Shown here piece after piece: positions 15,630 to 20,000 of a stretch of DNA of 20,000 nucleotides. Source of the stretch: an uncultured virus (IMG/VR IMGVR_UViG_3300037502_002629) (lineage: Duplodnaviria > Heunggongvirae > Uroviricota > Caudoviricetes); the IMG/VR virus record IMGVR_UViG_3300037502_002629; one strand, 5' to 3'. A program made the translations under genes and the position numbers. Under the pieces are notes generated by a model. The model was not told the DNA's origin and did no database searches. It saw only the letters and a list, made by a program, of their open reading frames with translations. How positions within the stretch are numbered: position 1 is the stretch's first letter; each line of letters opens with the position of its first letter.

Positions 15630-15924
15630 GTAGTTGATGTTTTTTATAACTTATAATTTGTTCGATAAATGAGCGTAATAGAAAGCGATCAGTAAATTCA
15701 AAATCAGGTGTCTCAAAAAGCTGTACTTTCCATTCGTCATTTGTTACTTTTTCTGAATCCATGCTAATCAGACAAAAATCGCTATTCATGTCTGATAATG
15801 CATATTCATAGTAATAATAACCAGTGGCATCTCCAGATTCCTCTGGAGACACCACGATTTTTGTAAAGCCTAAACGCTCTAAGTCCATTTCATTAATTCT
15901 CATAATATCCTGAACCCTCCGCAT
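15622..15924 (-). CDS. hypothetical protein
   Basis: INEMDLERLGF..GYYYYEY; tiles with neighbours. Confidence 0.7.
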   Translation of the reverse strand: MRRVQDIMRINEMDLERLGFTKIVVSPEESGDATGYYYYEYALSDMNSDFCLISMDSEKVTNDEWKVQLFETPDFEFTDRFLLRSFIEQIISYKKHQLHE

Positions 15925-16490
15925 TCACGTAAAAAGTTAATGAAGTCTTTAACATCATCGACCCTACAATTGTGAGATGTTCTGTATGTAAAGCCATCCA
16001 CTTCAAATTCGCCACCGTTTATGAAAAGTTTTGGACCCAGATACAATTCAAGTTTTGTTTCCTTTTCATCTGATACAGTTACATTACTGATACTACCTTT
16101 TTCATCAACTACCTTTTGAAAATACCATCCTGTGTTCAAACCTATGATATTCCAATCCTTGAAATTTTCATTGATGTATGTTTCCAAATGGTTAGCCAGA
16201 ATATCACATTCCTCCTGCGTCTCTAACCCAGCGCCTGAATTTGTATGAATGTTTGTGATAAAACCTTCAGCAAAACCCAATTTATATTTTGTATTACAAG
16301 CCAGTGTGATTTCTGCAATTGGTCGCCAGCACCATACATTCGCTCTGAAATAATAACCAGGGTTTTCCTTTTCAAACTGATTTATTTGCTCAATATAATC
16401 ATGTTTTTCCTGTTCAGTGCTTTGTTCCCAGTTGATTTCAGGTTTTTCACTTTTTAGTGTGGGATTTAAACCATAAATATCCATTCCCAT
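15900..16490 (-). CDS. phage hypothetical protein (196 aa)
   Basis: MGMDIYG..YFRANVWCWRPI..FINFLRECGGFRI. Confidence 0.8.
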   Translation of the reverse strand: MGMDIYGLNPTLKSEKPEINWEQSTEQEKHDYIEQINQFEKENPGYYFRANVWCWRPIAEITLACNTKYKLGFAEGFITNIHTNSGAGLETQEECDILANHLETYINENFKDWNIIGLNTGWYFQKVVDEKGSISNVTVSDEKETKLELYLGPKLFINGGEFEVDGFTYRTSHNCRVDDVKDFINFLRECGGFRIL

Positions 16491-16873
16491 TATTTACCAA
16501 ATTGATCTTTTAATTTCTTTAGTAATTCTTTTATGTTCTGACCTTCTGATGAAGTATTAAGATAATCCATGAATTGTGGGTCGTCTATTCCTGAAAATCC
16601 CATTTTTTGAATTAACTCATCTACTTTAGAGGAAAGATTTGCAACCTTGTCCAAACCACTCATTATACCATCCATTTGCTCATCAATCATATGTTGAATG
16701 ATATGTAAGCCAGCAATAGACGCACTTGGACTAGCCATAACTTTACAGCTTTGAGCTGTTGGATATCCGTTTTTGTCAAATTCAACTGCAAGTAATACAA
16801 TTTGCGTATCTGAATCCTTCATGTTTTCAGATAAAGCTTCAAATATTGATTTTAGCACTGATTCTTTACTCAT
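16490..16873 (-). CDS. hypothetical protein
   Basis: TAATG/ATGA coupling. Confidence 0.75.
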   Translation of the reverse strand: MSKESVLKSIFEALSENMKDSDTQIVLLAVEFDKNGYPTAQSCKVMASPSASIAGLHIIQHMIDEQMDGIMSGLDKVANLSSKVDELIQKMGFSGIDDPQFMDYLNTSSEGQNIKELLKKLKDQFGK

Positions 16874-17166
16874 TGTTCTAAGTTTGTTTTGATTTGTGGT
16901 TCTGCTTCTTCTATTAGTTCAACTATTGGACTAAGTTTGTCAACTATGCTTTTTATAGTCTGATAGTAGTGGCTGCTTTTTACGGCAGCCACTTCCTGAT
17001 CAGATATTTCAATTAAAAATATACTCTTGGCCTGCATCCCTTCAGCTTCAATATCATGCTGCTCAGTACGATAGCCTTTGTTTAACGTATTAGTTAGTTC
17101 ATCAAAGTGCTTCTTAAACTGATAATACACACAACTGATTTCACTGTTATTTAGATTTTCGATCAT
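16870..17166 (-). CDS. hypothetical protein
   Basis: Coupled ORF. Confidence 0.75.
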   Translation of the reverse strand: MIENLNNSEISCVYYQFKKHFDELTNTLNKGYRTEQHDIEAEGMQAKSIFLIEISDQEVAAVKSSHYYQTIKSIVDKLSPIVELIEEAEPQIKTNLEQ

Positions 17167-17648
17167 AATTTTATAGTTTCTTCATTTAAACAATAGAAGT
17201 TTAAAGGTAACAATTTATTATTAATCCAAGCATTTACGATATCAGAAGTAGTTATTTTCAATTCACGGAGTGTAGGCATTTCAGCGTACTTACCATCTTT
17301 ACGATAATCCAGTTCCACATGGGGGAAAATCACCGCAAGAAGTTTATTGTATGCTCCATAATACTTTGTGTATTTGAGTTCATTCACTACGTCAGTGGCG
17401 CGGATGTGTTCGTTTTTGATCTTAAAGAGAGTGGGTTGATCTAAAGAAGAAATTTCTTCAGAAGTAAAACTTGCTAATCCATACATTAAACGTCGATACA
17501 TGTTACGTTGAATTTCATTCATTTGAAAATAACGTTTTGTGTTGCTCGAGTTATGAACTTCTTCCTTATTGTAAGGTATGAAGTTTGATTTACCGTTTTC
17601 GTAGTTAATGGCAATACCAGTGCGGGTTGCGGTGATTGTTTTGTTCAT
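17163..17648 (-). CDS. hypothetical protein
   Basis: 161-aa ORF tiling the operon. Confidence 0.75.
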   Translation of the reverse strand: MNKTITATRTGIAINYENGKSNFIPYNKEEVHNSSNTKRYFQMNEIQRNMYRRLMYGLASFTSEEISSLDQPTLFKIKNEHIRATDVVNELKYTKYYGAYNKLLAVIFPHVELDYRKDGKYAEMPTLRELKITTSDIVNAWINNKLLPLNFYCLNEETIKL

Positions 17649-17676
17649 GTCAGTGGTTTTTTAGATGGTTATAATG

Positions 17677-17961
17677 TCAGTAATGGGGATTTACAGCATG
17701 AATTAGCTGAATAGGGAGGTCCCAATGTTCAAACATAAATACATATTCTCCTTCTTTGGGACCATGGTTAAGGAGAACGGGTTGTCCAATTGTGGTGGAT
17801 GCTAATTCTTCGAGATCGGTTAAAGAATCTGCAAACAGGGTATAGGGTTTGCCCATATAGTTAAAGTAGCAGATGAACTTAAAGATATAAGGTTCTGGTA
17901 CTTCACGATATTGCATACCCTGGTTAATTTCATCGTGGTAATGTTCTTTTGTTTTGCTCAT
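17677..17961 (-). CDS. hypothetical protein
   Basis: 94-aa ORF, ATGA overlap. Confidence 0.7.
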   Translation of the reverse strand: MSKTKEHYHDEINQGMQYREVPEPYIFKFICYFNYMGKPYTLFADSLTDLEELASTTIGQPVLLNHGPKEGEYVFMFEHWDLPIQLIHAVNPHY

Positions 17962-18296
17962 ATAATTTCGACTGGGTGCCAGTTATCATATTCACAGATT
18001 GGGCGTTTGCCTGTTTTGAGCTGTATAATGTGCTCTTTACCTGTGTGTAGATTTTTGTGGACTAATGTGTAATTTTTACTAGTGTAGTTTGGTATTGTAA
18101 CAGGAACATCAAAATACACGTATTTGACAATTTGATCCATGGATTCATAGCGTCTATAGCGCACTTCTCTTGTGACCAGATCTTCTGTGCGTAATAAATA
18201 CTCCATTTCTACTATAGGGGGTTCATGGATTTGCTTTTTACACAAACGCAGAAATGCCCGCAGTTTAAGTTTAACAAGTAGTCTTTTGAGTTTCAT
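17958..18296 (-). CDS. hypothetical protein
   Basis: 112-aa ORF. Confidence 0.65.
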   Translation of the reverse strand: MKLKRLLVKLKLRAFLRLCKKQIHEPPIVEMEYLLRTEDLVTREVRYRRYESMDQIVKYVYFDVPVTIPNYTSKNYTLVHKNLHTGKEHIIQLKTGKRPICEYDNWHPVEII

Positions 18297-18316
18297 ATAC
18301 TTTAAGGATTAAACAC

Positions 18317-18346
18317 AAAAAAAGGGCTGGATACTCCCCAGCCCTT
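18317..18346 (-). terminator. rho-independent terminator
   Basis: AAGGGCTGG-GGAGTAT-CCAGCCCTT followed by a T run on the minus strand. Confidence 0.8.
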
Positions 18347-18361
18347 GTAACCACATGAACA

Positions 18362-18718
18362 CTAATTTATACTATGCATTTGCAATTTAACTTCCTGCAG
18401 GAACATAATGGCGTCAATGAGCTGGTCTTTATCAGCATAAGGAATGATGCTTTTATACTTACTGACCACGGTTTCAATGTTGCTGTTACAGCTACGCTCA
18501 ATGCTTTTGAACTGTTTAGACAAGTACTTGTTGGTGGGAATGTCTGATTCATTCAATGCAGTACCTGGCAACGTTTGAAGCAAGATAACCACCTGTTGGA
18601 TATAGGTGTCTGTGAGTTCAATCTTGTTTTTGGTTACCAGGTCCTCTACTTTGAGAGTATCTTGTGCATACAGGTCGGCGCTGATAAACAGCGAGAAGAT
18701 AATCAGGATGTTTTTCAT
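18362..18718 (-). CDS. secreted protein with Sec signal peptide
   Basis: MKNILIIFSLFISADLYA/Q. Confidence 0.7.
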   Translation of the reverse strand: MKNILIIFSLFISADLYAQDTLKVEDLVTKNKIELTDTYIQQVVILLQTLPGTALNESDIPTNKYLSKQFKSIERSCNSNIETVVSKYKSIIPYADKDQLIDAIMFLQEVKLQMHSIN

Positions 18719-18727
18719 GCTGTGAAT

Positions 18728-19090
18728 TTAGATTTTTTTAAGCAATTGCATTAAATCATCCATTGGATCTGGTTTGTTTTGCATGTTCAGAATAGCCTTT
18801 GTAATGAGAAAATCACGCAAATTATGACTACCGCAGTTTATGATTTTCTCAATTAACCCTGATTTTGTGTCAGTATCTTTGGATAGCTTTAGCAATTCAT
18901 TCTTTAAATCATCCATTTCTTCACGCATGAAACCACAGGCTTCCAATACATTAGGTAGACTATGATCGAATTTACGTACAGGCTTTGTACTGGTTGTTTC
19001 GTTTGGGATGTTTACAATAGCCCAATCAATTTCTTCTTTTGTGAGAGAATTCTCTGCACTAAGAATTACCTCCATTATTCTGTGTTTCAT
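18728..19090 (-). CDS. hypothetical protein
   Basis: 120-aa ORF. Confidence 0.7.
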   Translation of the reverse strand: MKHRIMEVILSAENSLTKEEIDWAIVNIPNETTSTKPVRKFDHSLPNVLEACGFMREEMDDLKNELLKLSKDTDTKSGLIEKIINCGSHNLRDFLITKAILNMQNKPDPMDDLMQLLKKI

Positions 19091-19105
19091 ATTGTAATAT
19101 ATTGT

Positions 19106-19852
19106 TTAACAATAAGATTGAAATAGTTTGACCAGCTGACCATTTTCAATTATTGCGGATTCAAGTTTAGTTTTATTTTTCTTGACATTGGCCATAAATT
19201 TGGCATGATTGTATGATTTATTGGTGCGGTAAAACTTCCAGAACTCGCTGCAGAAATACTTAATCTCATATCTGTTACCGCGTTTAATGACCTTAAAAAG
19301 GTCAGTAAGATAATCTAATGCTTGTTTGGAGGCATTTTCATTCTTAATCTTAAATGTACCTTTTTTAATGATTTGAGTGCTGCGGTGTCCAACATCAGTG
19401 TTGCTCAGTATTGAAGCAAGAATTACCAACTCAAAATCATATTTAGTGAAATATTCATTAAGTTTGATAAAGTCTGGGTTGATATTACTCCAGGCGGTAA
19501 CATAATCCTGCATAGTCCAGCTTTTACTGCTGGAATTAAGCAGGGCTATATGTTCAATGAGCTGTTGTTTGTTGTTGATTTGAATTTCAAGGTATGGAAT
19601 ATTCATATTGTTGCGCAAAAGAGCCATACTAAGATGTTGTCCATCAATGATATACTTTTCTTTTTTACCAGTGATGAAGCTAAATTCAGAAACAACGACA
19701 GGTCGTATAATGCCCATAGCATTTATGCTTTCGGACAATTTGGTGACTTGTTGTGCTTTAATGGGGCGGTTAATACCTGCCAGCAGATTAAGTTTTGTAT
19801 TTGCTGTGGTATATTTAACCTGCAATTTTGGTAATGTAGTAGATTTTTTCAT
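19106..19852 (-). CDS. ParB/Srx-like N-terminal domain protein
   Basis: INRPI...QVTKLSESI...GIIRPVVV..YIIDGQHL..AL; the canonical GxHR Arg is Leu here. Confidence 0.7.
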   Translation of the reverse strand: MKKSTTLPKLQVKYTTANTKLNLLAGINRPIKAQQVTKLSESINAMGIIRPVVVSEFSFITGKKEKYIIDGQHLSMALLRNNMNIPYLEIQINNKQQLIEHIALLNSSSKSWTMQDYVTAWSNINPDFIKLNEYFTKYDFELVILASILSNTDVGHRSTQIIKKGTFKIKNENASKQALDYLTDLFKVIKRGNRYEIKYFCSEFWKFYRTNKSYNHAKFMANVKKNKTKLESAIIENGQLVKLFQSYC

Positions 19853-20000
19853 TTTGAATACCAGTGATTTAAGTTTTATACTATTGATAATGTCAGTTAT
19901 TATTGGTAACTTCTGAGTATCTCATTCAGTTACACAGTTTGGTTAAGGGGGAGAGATTTTTTTGGTGCTACCTTTTTTTGTCAGTGATTTACTTTATGAC

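Noticed and set aside
1205..19916. Plus-strand ORFs in the track
   Set aside because: All are antisense shadows of better supported minus-strand genes and lack recognisable motifs.

Overview
AT-rich, gene-dense segment with essentially all genes on the minus strand. It is most consistent with a tailed dsDNA phage of a Bacteroidota host: it has Bacteroidota-type TTTG-N20-TAnnTTTG promoter boxes, ATGA-coupled small ORFs and Sec-signal proteins ending in A/S-Q. The left part (1-8870) encodes an SF2 helicase (partial), an HNH protein, a DUF6915/DUF6878-like pair, a vWA protein and a MoxR/CbbQ-type AAA+ ATPase. The ATPase gene is split by a 1060-nt group I intron carrying a GIY-YIG homing endonuclease. 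The middle (~8870-14800) is a mosaic island of small genes and gene fragments. It contains an integron-like cassette array (three complete and two half attC-like sites, no integrase in the window) whose genes all run opposite to the apparent attC orientation, dispersed short junction repeats, an ASCH gene with an internal stop, and a tRNA-like element at the island's upstream edge. The right part (14800-20000) holds small hypothetical, membrane and secreted proteins and a ParB-like protein. Family calls come from motif recognition by eye; no database searches were run.
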